From a virus, in the IMG/VR virus record IMGVR_UViG_3300024518_005299, positions 67,681-131,680 of that record: 64,000 nt of DNA; one strand, written 5' to 3'. The notes beneath the pieces are model-generated. The model searched no databases, had not been told where the DNA came from, and was given only the letters and a program-made list of their open reading frames with translations. This document shows, piece after piece, positions 1 to 9,763 of this stretch (position 1 is its first letter; each line of letters starts with the position of its first letter). The position numbers were made by a program, and so were the translations under genes.

Positions 1-1
1 G

Positions 2-2593
2 GATTCTATCCCTCAGAGAGAAGAATGGATTCGAACGTATATTGATGCTACTTATGTAATGGCATATTCCGATTTTGGTATTGATTCCTTGCGTAAGTCT
101 TCTCCTAGGTTGGAGTTTAAATTTGATCCCCCAGAGAAACCTGGGTTTGTTGGTCTTAATAGACCGCATGGTAAATTACACCCCAAGCCTCTGCGTCCTG
201 GCGTAGACCTTAAGACGTTTTATCCACGGACTAACGAAGAGAAGGGGAAGTTAAAGCAAAAATGGGGTGTTAAACCTGATATTCCAATCATCGTTTTAGT
301 GCAAAGGAATCAAGCGCGCAAGCGGATCGCGGAAGTAATCTCTTCTTTTGCCATGATGAAGAATAAATATCCAGATAATGACATGATACAAAAGTCTATC
401 TTGTTAATGCATTCTGCATGGCCAGATAATACTTTGTCGATTGACTTTCCTAGAGAGATCAAGCGTATTCAAACAGGATATCATGGCGCTCCCGTTAGTC
501 GTAAAGGCATTATGCAGGAGATCCATTCGACATTCATGTGTCAAAATCAAGCATGTGGAGATGTATTTATTGCGCCATCTATCACGCTAATAAATGGCCC
601 TGTCATTATGTGTCCTAGTTGCGGACAACAAAGCGCTCGCACTCCCACTACGGGCTTTGGCATTACTCGCGAACAGCTATCAGAAGTGTTTGGCATGGCT
701 GATATGATGGTGCAGATGAGCATTGCAGAAGGATGTTTTGCTAAAGGAACTTTAATAACAACTAGCGAAGGATTAAAGCCAATTGAGGAGATGAAAATTG
801 GCGATTCGATTTTGAATCATAAAGGTGATTGGGCTCCAGTGCATGACGTTTGGGAAAATGATAATCCTGGATGTATAGAAATCAACGTTGCGGGTGATCC
901 TAATTCTGTTATTGTTACAAAGAATCATAAGATTTATATTTCACCTACAGAAAAGAAACGAGCTGATGAGTTAACATTAGATGACTATGTAATACGTCCA
1001 ATTGATATGACAGAACTTCGTCGTGATGAATTGATCGTTGAATTAGAGGACGAGGATAATGTTATGATTAATGGTAAAATGCATCATAAATCAGAACGTT
1101 ATTTTAATGGATATCCTACAAAAACAACTATTAATTCTGTTGATCTTGCAAAACATGGATATTTTCTTGGTGTATATATCGCAGAAGGATCAATCACTAA
1201 TCACTACGTTAGCATAGCCTTATCTAAAGATGACAATCCAGAGATGGCGCAATCAGTATATGACCTCGCTGCTGATCTAGGTGTTAAAGTTTATGATCGA
1301 CCTAAAGAGAATAATGGAAGAGAGTTAACTTTTAGCTCTCACGCTTTTAGTGCGAAATTAGGATCATTATTTGGTTACAATACCAAAGATAAAAAGATTC
1401 CATTAGAGTTTATGCAAGCTCCAAAGGATGTTCAGCGAGAATTTATTGGTGGTTGGTTTGATGGAGATGGAACTCTAGAGAAGCCATTAGTTTCAACGGG
1501 TAAAATGAGTCATCGATCACTTACTACCCACACTCAAACATTGGCATATCAATGGCGAGACTTACTTGCTCGTTTTGGTATTGTAACATATCTTTATAAA
1601 ACTAAACGAAATAATTTAGAATATGTCGTAAAGGTTTATGGTCATCAGGCTTACTTGTTTGATGTTTTGATCGAGTCTTCAAAAGCACAAAACAGTGGGT
1701 ATAAACCTACCAAACATACAAGAGAGTCTTTTAAAATTAAGATAAAAAATGGTTACATTTATTACAAAATTAAAAACATAAAAGATTCTGATTATGATGA
1801 TTTTACATACAATCTTACTATTGATAAATCAAGTGAGGATAGTGACATGGTTTCTAGTTACTCGCTTGGAACATTTAGTGTTAAAAATTGTGGAATGCCA
1901 GTTCAGGAAGGCAAGGCGTGTGGCGTGCCAGCACTAGTAACAGATTACGCCGCTCTTTCTGAAAAGGGCGGCATCCCTAATTATGAACATATCAATAAAG
2001 ACACCTACAATGTTCATCTAGGTGGTAAAGCTATGAAGGTTTCGCAATTATATTATGAACCAGAGACCACTACTTGGCGCGCAGCAACTTCTATGGAAGA
2101 CTGTATGAATAAGATCGCTGGCATGCTTAGCTCTCCTGAGGAATTAGCACAAATGAGTTTAGACGCTCGGAAATGTGCCGAGGAACATTATGATTGGGAT
2201 AAGAATTGGAAGGAGTGGGAGTTTATTTTTGATCATATCACTCCCTTAGATCGTGATACTACATGGGATAAAGAGCTGTCATTGATTGATATTGATACCA
2301 CCCAGCCATCTCTAGATCTTAATGATTCTGACTTTGTTGTTTGGTGTTATACGAGACTATTAGGTTATAGCATGAATGATATCGACGAAGAGGGGCATCG
2401 TAACTGGATGCAAAAACTTGCAGTCGAGTTGCAGAGGGGTGTACCAGCCGGGAAGACCCGCAATGAAATCGCAGAATATTTCCGCCAACAGGCAGAAGCA
2501 CAAAATCAGGTTGAGACACTACGGGCTGGCCAAAAGGCTATCCCGGCTAGTACTACAAAATCTGACGACGCGTTTGAGGCAATTATAATATGA
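2..2593 (+). CDS. GT-B (GT4-like) glycosyltransferase, 5'-truncated by the window edge, intein-containing, with CxxxxC/CxxC insert and DUF4214-like C-terminus
   Basis: Frame is open from base 2. After intein removal it reads SIAEG-CGMPVQEGKACGVPALVTDY, the GT4 E-x7-E motif. Confidence 0.85.
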   Translation, partial: DSIPQREEWIRTYIDATYVMAYSDFGIDSLRKSSPRLEFKFDPPEKPGFVGLNRPHGKLHPKPLRPGVDLKTFYPRTNEEKGKLKQKWGVKPDIPIIVLVQRNQARKRIAEVISSFAMMKNKYPDNDMIQKSILLMHSAWPDNTLSIDFPREIKRIQTGYHGAPVSRKGIMQEIHSTFMCQNQACGDVFIAPSITLINGPVIMCPSCGQQSARTPTTGFGITREQLSEVFGMADMMVQMSIAEGCFAKGTLITTSEGLKPIEEMKIGDSILNHKGDWAPVHDVWENDNPGCIEINVAGDPNSVIVTKNHKIYISPTEKKRADELTLDDYVIRPIDMTELRRDELIVELEDEDNVMINGKMHHKSERYFNGYPTKTTINSVDLAKHGYFLGVYIAEGSITNHYVSIALSKDDNPEMAQSVYDLAADLGVKVYDRPKENNGRELTFSSHAFSAKLGSLFGYNTKDKKIPLEFMQAPKDVQREFIGGWFDGDGTLEKPLVSTGKMSHRSLTTHTQTLAYQWRDLLARFGIVTYLYKTKRNNLEYVVKVYGHQAYLFDVLIESSKAQNSGYKPTKHTRESFKIKIKNGYIYYKIKNIKDSDYDDFTYNLTIDKSSEDSDMVSSYSLGTFSVKNCGMPVQEGKACGVPALVTDYAALSEKGGIPNYEHINKDTYNVHLGGKAMKVSQLYYEPETTTWRAATSMEDCMNKIAGMLSSPEELAQMSLDARKCAEEHYDWDKNWKEWEFIFDHITPLDRDTTWDKELSLIDIDTTQPSLDLNDSDFVVWCYTRLLGYSMNDIDEEGHRNWMQKLAVELQRGVPAGKTRNEIAEYFRQQAEAQNQVETLRAGQKAIPASTTKSDDAFEAIII
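734..1888 (+). mobile_element. Intein (385 aa) with LAGLIDADG endonuclease in GT4 gene
   Basis: Starts CFAKGTLITTSEGLKPIEEMKIGD; LGVYIAEG and FIGGWFDGDG motifs; ends FSVKN before Cys+1. Confidence 0.9.
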
Positions 2594-3792
2594 AAATTCT
2601 TTATATCGCTCCCGTAAGAGATTTTAGTGGCTACGCTGTAGCCGCTAGGGGTTACATCCGAGCCTTGCACGAGGCGGGTGCTGATCTAGTTGTACGACCA
2701 GTACGCTACGACCAGGCAGATACGGGTACTGGCTACCAAGTGACTGATCTTGAAAGGGAACTTCTCAAGCGTGATCTCAATAATGTAGATGTTGTGATTC
2801 AACATTTAACACCAAATGAAATGCGCCCTATAGAGGGCAAGGTTAATATCGCCATTGTGGCATGGGAAACAACTAGAATCCCACAGTATTGGGTAGATAA
2901 ACTCAATCAATTTGATTCTGTTATTACTTTCTGTCAGGCAAGTGTCGATGCTTTTAATGACTGCGGAGTCAAGGTGCCGATTTATAAAGTGCCGCACACG
3001 TTTGATATTCCTAGCTATAGTTTGGAGGGCGTGGAGCCTATTTCTGCTCCTAGTAGCCCTAATATCCTTAAGGATCGTTTTATCTTTTATAACATTAGCC
3101 AATTCTCTAGCAAGAAGGGTATTGATGTTTTATTACGATCATACTTTGGAGCTTTTCATGGTCGTCGCGACGACGTGATGTTGATTCTAAAGACATACAT
3201 CAATATGAGAGATCGTGATAAAGAACGTCAGCAGCTACTACAATATATTGATAATGTCAGAGCAGGAATGAGATTGCCCCCGGAGGGCTATCCACAAGTC
3301 ATGTTGATTACTAATACATTGACTGATGAACAAATGAAAAAGATCCATGCGACGGGTGATGCATATGTATGTAGCAGTCGAGGAGAAGGCTGGAACATTC
3401 CAGCATTTGACGCACTGGCTTATGGAAACGAATTAATAACCACGTTATGGGGCGGGATGGGAGAGTTCTCTTTAGTTGATGAAGTCAGCCGTAGAGAATC
3501 TGCTGGTAGTGGGGGTGCCTGCGTGCGTGCCAATGTTCATCCAGTAGACTATTCACTAGAGCCACTAGTGGGTCAGACGCATGGTGATCCTGATCTTTAC
3601 ACAAGCTTTGACTTGATTGCCGAGCCTTCAATTAGCTCAATGATGTATAAAATGAAACTAGTGGTTAATAATCGTGAAGTTCAACCCGCCCCAAACTTAA
3701 TGGAGTTTGATCATTCGGTAGTTGGGCCAAGAATGCTGGATGTAATTAAAAATATAGCACCTGCTAAAATATTGGAGGCAACTGATGTCTAA
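2590..3792 (+). CDS. GT4-family glycosyltransferase
   Basis: MKILYIAP...SGYAVAARG, RKKG-like SKKGIDVLL, SSRGEGWNIPAFDALAYG. Confidence 0.85.
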   Translation: MKILYIAPVRDFSGYAVAARGYIRALHEAGADLVVRPVRYDQADTGTGYQVTDLERELLKRDLNNVDVVIQHLTPNEMRPIEGKVNIAIVAWETTRIPQYWVDKLNQFDSVITFCQASVDAFNDCGVKVPIYKVPHTFDIPSYSLEGVEPISAPSSPNILKDRFIFYNISQFSSKKGIDVLLRSYFGAFHGRRDDVMLILKTYINMRDRDKERQQLLQYIDNVRAGMRLPPEGYPQVMLITNTLTDEQMKKIHATGDAYVCSSRGEGWNIPAFDALAYGNELITTLWGGMGEFSLVDEVSRRESAGSGGACVRANVHPVDYSLEPLVGQTHGDPDLYTSFDLIAEPSISSMMYKMKLVVNNREVQPAPNLMEFDHSVVGPRMLDVIKNIAPAKILEATDV

Positions 3793-4006
3793 AATATTAC
3801 AGATAGAATATTTCTCAGATCGTTTAATCGTTCATGGTGCCGCATTTGAAGACGTGCTAGTAGCACTTGGCGGCACGTGTGATAACGTTATGCGTATTAT
3901 TAATGATGATAATTCGTTATCATATGAAATTAAGAAAGATAATTATGATAAGGATATTATTTATCATAATGGCAAATTAAATAAGTCTATGCCGATATCT
4001 GAATGA
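3785..4006 (+). CDS. hypothetical protein
   Basis: Overlap-coupled ORF between annotated genes. Confidence 0.6.
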   Translation: MSKILQIEYFSDRLIVHGAAFEDVLVALGGTCDNVMRIINDDNSLSYEIKKDNYDKDIIYHNGKLNKSMPISE

Positions 4007-4632
4007 CAAAAGCGATTAATCTTATTGGACAGAGGTTTGGTAGACTAGTTGTGTTAACTAGATCATCAAATACTAAGACCGGTAGGACGAGATGGCAATG
4101 TCAGTGTGATTGTGATAATACTACAGTTGTTGTGTCTGATAAGCTAAGATCTGGTAAAACCAAATCTTGTGGTTGTCTACAGCAGGAAAATCGTTTACGG
4201 GGTAGACGAACTCATGGAATGACAAAGTCTAGAGAGTATCATATTTGGCATGGTATAAAAGCCAGATGTTATAATGCAAATAACCCCGCATACTCTCATT
4301 ATGGTGGTCGGGGTATTAATGTTTGTGATCAATGGTTACAATCATTTGAAAACTTTCTAAAAGACATGGGTCTGGCGCCATCTGATAAACATTCGATTGA
4401 CCGCATTGATAATAATGGTAATTATAAGCCCAGTAATTGTAGATGGGCGACGTTTAAAGAACAAAATAATAACAGAAGAGATAATATATTTGTAGACAGT
4501 ATTACAACTTTAAAACAATATTGTGATAAAAATCATTTACCGTATCAAACAATTCATGCGAGAATTAATAGGCATGGATGGTCAATTGAACGCGCTATAA
4601 GAAAGCCAATAAAAAAATGGAACAAAAGATAG
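4003..4632 (+). CDS. HNH homing endonuclease (GQRFGRL...CQCDC...SCGC type)
   Basis: [29 protein letters not shown]. Confidence 0.85.
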   Translation: MTKAINLIGQRFGRLVVLTRSSNTKTGRTRWQCQCDCDNTTVVVSDKLRSGKTKSCGCLQQENRLRGRRTHGMTKSREYHIWHGIKARCYNANNPAYSHYGGRGINVCDQWLQSFENFLKDMGLAPSDKHSIDRIDNNGNYKPSNCRWATFKEQNNNRRDNIFVDSITTLKQYCDKNHLPYQTIHARINRHGWSIERAIRKPIKKWNKR

Positions 4633-5681
4633 ATAATCCCTTTTCACGTAATTTACCCAACCAAATTTCCGCTATTTGTGATGCTATTGATTCTAAACCT
4701 AGGATCACTCAGGTGATCCAGTGTGTGAACGAGGAACATTTGATTGAACCCTGCGTAATGCAGCTTTATGATAAGGTCGATAGAATTGTCATCGTGGAAG
4801 GCGCCGTTCAAAACAAAGTAGACGCGGGGCAAGCTACTGCTGACGGTCATTCTATAGATGATACTGTTAGTATCATCAAGCGGATTAAGGCTGATAAAGA
4901 TCCAGACAAGAAGATCACGTTTGTACAAATCGATCGTCCTTGGGCTGACTTGGAAGAATTAAAGAATACGTTCTTTCAGTACATGCAAGATGGTGACTGG
5001 ATGCTGATCACTGATGCTGATGAATTCATTATGCCTGAAGTAGTTGATAAGTTGCGCGAAGCTATTACAGTAGAGCCTTGGGCTACCGAGTTTGTGCCTG
5101 CGGGTTTTTATCACTTCTGGCGTGACGCTAGTCATATACGCAAACCAAGCGGCGACTGGGGTCAGCAACATCAAAGATTTATCAAATTCCATCCGGGGAT
5201 GCATTACCAAAATCACCCAGTTGCCAGAGACAAGGATGGAATTTGCACTTACTTTAGTCAAGAGTATAAGAATCGTCGATTTGTCTTGAAGGATTTTGTG
5301 GTGTATCATTATTCGTATTGTCGAAATGACGAAGCAGATATCCAAGCGAAGAAAGACTTTTATGACAAAGAGCTAGGTCAGGATAAGCATGGAGACGTGG
5401 GGGCTTATGCGCGTGGTGGACAAACAGATGAGTATCTTGATAAAACAGAAGATCTAAATACAGTGCTTCTCTTTAGTGGAGATCATCCACCTATCATAGC
5501 AAAGCATTTAGCCTGGCAGGGGCAGGGCGTGGTGTTGTCAGATGCGCATTTACAAGATAAAACATTCGAGGATTATAAGAGCGCTGAGCCCTACAACTTA
5601 GAAAACGTCCCAGTGTGTTGGATTTATGATCTAGAAGGCAAGCAGGGATATGTTAACTTTTTCAATACCGTGGATGTATAA
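4617..5681 (+). CDS. GT2-like (GT-A) glycosyltransferase
   Basis: [27 protein letters not shown] (DxD motif). Confidence 0.75.
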   Translation: MEQKIDNPFSRNLPNQISAICDAIDSKPRITQVIQCVNEEHLIEPCVMQLYDKVDRIVIVEGAVQNKVDAGQATADGHSIDDTVSIIKRIKADKDPDKKITFVQIDRPWADLEELKNTFFQYMQDGDWMLITDADEFIMPEVVDKLREAITVEPWATEFVPAGFYHFWRDASHIRKPSGDWGQQHQRFIKFHPGMHYQNHPVARDKDGICTYFSQEYKNRRFVLKDFVVYHYSYCRNDEADIQAKKDFYDKELGQDKHGDVGAYARGGQTDEYLDKTEDLNTVLLFSGDHPPIIAKHLAWQGQGVVLSDAHLQDKTFEDYKSAEPYNLENVPVCWIYDLEGKQGYVNFFNTVDV

Positions 5682-5917
5682 TGACTGTTAAACTTCCAGA
5701 GAAACCAAGGCGTCATCGTTGGGTGACTGAAGCCATCAATGCGGGCGATCCTACTTTATCAGTCTGGCCATCTCCAGACGACCTCAAGAACGAAAAGAGG
5801 CGCGGTCGCTTCTTAGAGATTATTGCCAAGGTTGGTAGCGATCCACGTGTGATGCGGGTCGAGAAATTCCCACATGATATTCATAGCGTGGTGTTTTTGT
5901 TTCATCTACAAGACTGA
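5681..5917 (+). CDS. hypothetical protein
   Basis: Coupled ORF (TAATG / TGATG junctions). Confidence 0.55.
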   Translation: MTVKLPEKPRRHRWVTEAINAGDPTLSVWPSPDDLKNEKRRGRFLEIIAKVGSDPRVMRVEKFPHDIHSVVFLFHLQD

Positions 5918-6720
5918 TGGTTAATATCTCTCATATCACTAGTTGTTTTAATAGTGAGCAGTTTCTAGATGGATTAATTGGTAATCTCCTACAACAGAGT
6001 GATGAAGACTTTGAGCATATCATTGTAGATAGTGCATCCACTGATAGTAGTGTTGAGATCATCAAACGCTGGCAGCAACTAGATCCGCGAATTAAGCTTA
6101 TAGAACAGCCCACGCGCACAAATTATGGCACCTCGTGGATGATAGGATGGCAGCAGGCTCAGGGTAAAATTGTTTGCAACTCTAACTCTGACGATAGGTC
6201 GTATCCTTGGCGCGGCACTCAAGTTATTAAAGCTGCACTAGATGCAAGTATTCAATCAGATACTAATAAGCGTTTTTATTACGGTGGTTATGAAACACGG
6301 GTTGATGGCGTAACCACAGCCAAGGGTTATCCGCCGCCGTATACAGAGCACGACCTACAGCAATTCTTTCGCTGTGGCGTGCATGTACATTGGGATAATG
6401 CGCTGCGCAATGTTGTGGATTGGCCAACTGTGTTTCGCGCAGGCGCTGAGTATAGATCGGCCTTTGATTACTGGCTCGTACTATACTTTACTTCTCTAGG
6501 TGCAATAGGTGTCTCTATCCCCAACTGTTTTAGTATATACAACCAGAGAAAGGACTCGTTAGAACAGTCAGATAAGGAGAGAAGCAGCTTTGAAGCATTG
6601 CGCGCTATCTCTACTTTCTATCCTAGTGGCCTCTCAATGCGTGACTTTGAGACTAAAACCAAAGTGGAGTCTCCTGAGTATTATAAAAAATATCAGGATT
6701 TTCTATCCGAATTCGTTTAA
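5917..6720 (+). CDS. GT2-family glycosyltransferase
   Basis: ITSCFNSEQFL, IIVDSASTDSS, NSNSDD. Confidence 0.8.
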   Translation: MVNISHITSCFNSEQFLDGLIGNLLQQSDEDFEHIIVDSASTDSSVEIIKRWQQLDPRIKLIEQPTRTNYGTSWMIGWQQAQGKIVCNSNSDDRSYPWRGTQVIKAALDASIQSDTNKRFYYGGYETRVDGVTTAKGYPPPYTEHDLQQFFRCGVHVHWDNALRNVVDWPTVFRAGAEYRSAFDYWLVLYFTSLGAIGVSIPNCFSIYNQRKDSLEQSDKERSSFEALRAISTFYPSGLSMRDFETKTKVESPEYYKKYQDFLSEFV

Positions 6721-6734
6721 TCGACGCATAATAG
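6721..6734 (+). promoter_or_regulatory. Motif B copy (tcgacgcataatag), candidate phage promoter element
   Basis: Shares the CATAATAG core with copies at 22294, 39736 and 63041-63054; lies 4 nt before ATG 6739. Confidence 0.4.
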
Positions 6735-6738
6735 AGGT

Positions 6739-6960
6739 ATGACGAGACTTATCAGTGTCTGCATAGTCCTATTTGAGGTTTTGCTCTTAGCACTAGGTGT
6801 TGTCGCGCTTTGCTATCCGTTTACGTTATTACCACATCCAAGCAACGGACCACGGACACCTGAGCAATTGGAAGCTTTTAAGGAGCACGTAGTCCTATTA
6901 CCTGCGGGGGTTATTTTAATAGCCTTGGCAATTCAAAGGTATTTTAGATCTCATGAATGA
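6739..6960 (+). CDS. small membrane protein (2 predicted TM segments)
   Basis: Two hydrophobic stretches; gagg RBS. Confidence 0.6.
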   Translation: MTRLISVCIVLFEVLLLALGVVALCYPFTLLPHPSNGPRTPEQLEAFKEHVVLLPAGVILIALAIQRYFRSHE

Positions 6961-7792
6961 TATAACAACTAAAGACAAAACGATTGTCGTCAGCAACATT
7001 CCTTTAATGAAATGTATCGACGGTTTTCAAAAATGGGAATGGGTAAATGATAAGCAGAAAGAGTTTCTACTAGAGTATGCTAGGAAGCGCCATCTGCTAT
7101 CTGACTTTTCTGATGAAGAACTATTCGGACTCACTGCGTACTCAGCAGCCGAAGTTAATGCTTTCCTTGCCGAGCATGGTTTTGATATCGTCCTTCAGGA
7201 TCATTCACACGTTCTTGCGAATGAGCCCCCTGGTTCGATAGTGATATACATAGCATCTATTCTAAAGCTTGTCTTTGAATGGGACGGCATAGAAATCACC
7301 ATTAAAGACAAATACCAAGGAACCTATCTATCAAAAAACCTTAGCTTTTTCGTTTCCTCAAAACATGATCAGCCTATCGTGCAGATTAAGTCTGGAGGAG
7401 ATGACATCTATATAACCAAGGCCGAGCCCTCACTACTCTCTGAGCTAGATGATCTCCCATTACATGTTTGTGATGTATTCGATCGTGTAGAGTTTCCGTC
7501 CATTGAGTATGATAAAGTTATAGATGTTTCGTGGATGGTTGATATGAATTCACCTCATGATATGGTGAGAGTTCTTGAGGCTGTGCAACAAGATAAATTC
7601 AGCATGAATCATAAAGGTGTGAAGATAGAGTCAGCCGCTGCTGTAGCCATACTTGCTAGTGGATGCGCCACCCCCTTTTTCAAACCTGTTGTTCTCACTA
7701 TTGATGAACCGTTTGTATTTTGGGCGCGGCGTAATGGAGAGACATATTTTAAAGCTTATTTTGCGCAGGACTCATGGGTAAAAATAGCATGA
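6953..7792 (+). CDS. serpin-like protein
   Basis: C-terminus VQQDKFSMNHKGVKIESAAAVAIL...LTIDEPFVFW resembles serpin s5A-hinge-RCL-s4B; FPSIEYDKVIDV resembles the LPKF..e..dl region. Confidence 0.6.
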   Translation: MNDITTKDKTIVVSNIPLMKCIDGFQKWEWVNDKQKEFLLEYARKRHLLSDFSDEELFGLTAYSAAEVNAFLAEHGFDIVLQDHSHVLANEPPGSIVIYIASILKLVFEWDGIEITIKDKYQGTYLSKNLSFFVSSKHDQPIVQIKSGGDDIYITKAEPSLLSELDDLPLHVCDVFDRVEFPSIEYDKVIDVSWMVDMNSPHDMVRVLEAVQQDKFSMNHKGVKIESAAAVAILASGCATPFFKPVVLTIDEPFVFWARRNGETYFKAYFAQDSWVKIA

Positions 7793-8613
7793 AGCATGGT
7801 GTTTATCAAATACGGAATACTCAAAATGGCAAGATTTATATAGGTAGCTCTATAGACATTGTTGCCAGGTGGCGAGGACATAAAGGTGATATAAAATATC
7901 ATAGGCATCATTCTAGTAGATTGCAATATGCATGGTATAAAGATGGAGCTAATGTGTTTGTTTTTGAAATTTTAGAAGAATGTAATTTAAATGAATTAGA
8001 ACAACGTGAACAGTATTATTTGGACACTATGCTATTTGCTAGTTGTAATGATAACAGATTTTATCGTTTGGGATATAACAATTCTAGAGATGCTAGTCAA
8101 AAAACAGTAACAAATAAAACTAGGATGAAGATGTCACGGGCGGCTAAGTTAAAAGCAAAACCATCACACATCACTCGACAACGAATGTCCGAAGCACAAC
8201 AAGGCAAGCGATTGGGGGAATTATCACCAGGAGCCAAGTCATCTACTCAAGATGTTAAGCAAATGTTGCTTATGGCTATCAATGGATGTTCTGATAGTGA
8301 GATTGCTCAAAAATTTGGTAGAACTATTAAGTCTGTAAATAACATTATTAATGGTAGGACCTGGCCTCATATTAAATTAGACGGTAAAGATCAAGGGAAA
8401 CTAAAAATCATGAGATCTTTAAATAGAAATAAATTGAACGCTCGTAAAAGCGGAGAACTAAATGGTAGGAGTAAATTGACGCGACATATAGTTTGGGATA
8501 TTAAAGATCAAATTGCATTAGGGTTTTCAAATGTTGAGATTGCCAAACGTTATGATGTTTCTCCAAGTACTATTAGCGGTATTAAAAGGGGCAAGACATG
8601 GAAAGACGTGTAA
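7789..8613 (+). CDS. GIY-YIG homing endonuclease with two C-terminal HTH modules
   Basis: GVYQIRN...KIYIGSS, RWRGH, EQYYLD; start moved to ATG 7789. Confidence 0.85.
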   Translation: MKHGVYQIRNTQNGKIYIGSSIDIVARWRGHKGDIKYHRHHSSRLQYAWYKDGANVFVFEILEECNLNELEQREQYYLDTMLFASCNDNRFYRLGYNNSRDASQKTVTNKTRMKMSRAAKLKAKPSHITRQRMSEAQQGKRLGELSPGAKSSTQDVKQMLLMAINGCSDSEIAQKFGRTIKSVNNIINGRTWPHIKLDGKDQGKLKIMRSLNRNKLNARKSGELNGRSKLTRHIVWDIKDQIALGFSNVEIAKRYDVSPSTISGIKRGKTWKDV

Positions 8614-9290
8614 TTTCTTTTTCTCTTTGGGGAGATAATCCCAAGTATGTCATAGGTGCAATTCGTAATGCTGAATTAGCTAAACAAATTTATCCAGGAT
8701 GGATTTGTGTATTTTATATAGATTATAACACTGTACCAACTATTGAGCTTCAATTTCTTAATGCTAAAACTAATACTGAGATATTAACGATGCCTAAAGA
8801 AATGAATGGCTGGAAGGGCATGTTCGCGAGATTTTTACAAATTAATAATGAAAAAAATCAATGTACGATTATTCGCGACTGCGACTCACGCCTAAGTGAA
8901 AGAGAGGCTGCCGCTGTCAAAGAGTGGCTAGATGGACCTTCTTTGGTCCACTCAATGGGTGATCACCCATATCATTTTAATCCTTCTCAAGCTCTAATGG
9001 GAGGCATGTTTGGTATGAAAAAACATGCTTGTCCTGAGATGAAAACTTTAATTGATCAGTTTGTAAATCAATATCCAGATGCCTGGCAGTGTGATCAAGA
9101 CTTTCTTAAAGATAATATCTGGCCTTTAGTGAATCATAAAGTATTAGCCTGTAGTGACATTCATCCTAATTGCAAACCATTTCCTACACCACGTATCAAT
9201 GACGATTTTGTAGGTGCGATTATTGGTCCAAACGAAGAGAGGCTGCATCCAGAACATCATATTGCGTTTCAAAGAATTGTGGAAAATTAA
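8598..9290 (+). CDS. glycosyltransferase-like protein (GT-A fold, ISFSLWG family)
   Basis: ISFSLWGDNPKY, MFARFL, IRDCDSRL (DxD), MGGMFG, DQDFL. Confidence 0.6.
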   Translation: MERRVISFSLWGDNPKYVIGAIRNAELAKQIYPGWICVFYIDYNTVPTIELQFLNAKTNTEILTMPKEMNGWKGMFARFLQINNEKNQCTIIRDCDSRLSEREAAAVKEWLDGPSLVHSMGDHPYHFNPSQALMGGMFGMKKHACPEMKTLIDQFVNQYPDAWQCDQDFLKDNIWPLVNHKVLACSDIHPNCKPFPTPRINDDFVGAIIGPNEERLHPEHHIAFQRIVEN

Positions 9291-9763
9291 TGCCAAATAA
9301 TACAATCAAAATTAATCAACAGATAATTCCAGTACCCTGGTCTGATATTGAAGTTTATTCTCTAAAGATTGCTAGATGGATTGAAAGAACATTTGGTGAT
9401 GCTGACGATAAGGATTGTCCGCTACGTAATTTGGATGTTAAAATTTATGGCATTCCTCGTGGTGGGATGATTCCAGCCATTCTGGTTTCCCACATATTAG
9501 AAACAAAGTATAAATTTAATGTAAGATTTATACCATCATTAGATCATCTAACTCCAAAAGACATGCATCGTCTAGTTGTTATTGATGACATATGTGATTC
9601 GGGAGAAACCTTTAAAATAGTCAAGCAATTATTTCCCATGGCGAAAACAGCAGTTCTCTTCCGCCGCGAAGGCGCGGGGTTTCAAACCGATTTTCATTGT
9701 CACACGATTGTAGATGACCGATGGTTAGTGTTTCCTTGGGAGGTTAATGATGGCGAGGTTTAG
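9290..9763 (+). CDS. type I phosphoribosyltransferase (xanthine/guanine PRT-like)
   Basis: GIPRGGMIPA, LVVIDDICDSGETF PRPP-binding motif, WLVFPWE. Confidence 0.85.
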   Translation: MPNNTIKINQQIIPVPWSDIEVYSLKIARWIERTFGDADDKDCPLRNLDVKIYGIPRGGMIPAILVSHILETKYKFNVRFIPSLDHLTPKDMHRLVVIDDICDSGETFKIVKQLFPMAKTAVLFRREGAGFQTDFHCHTIVDDRWLVFPWEVNDGEV

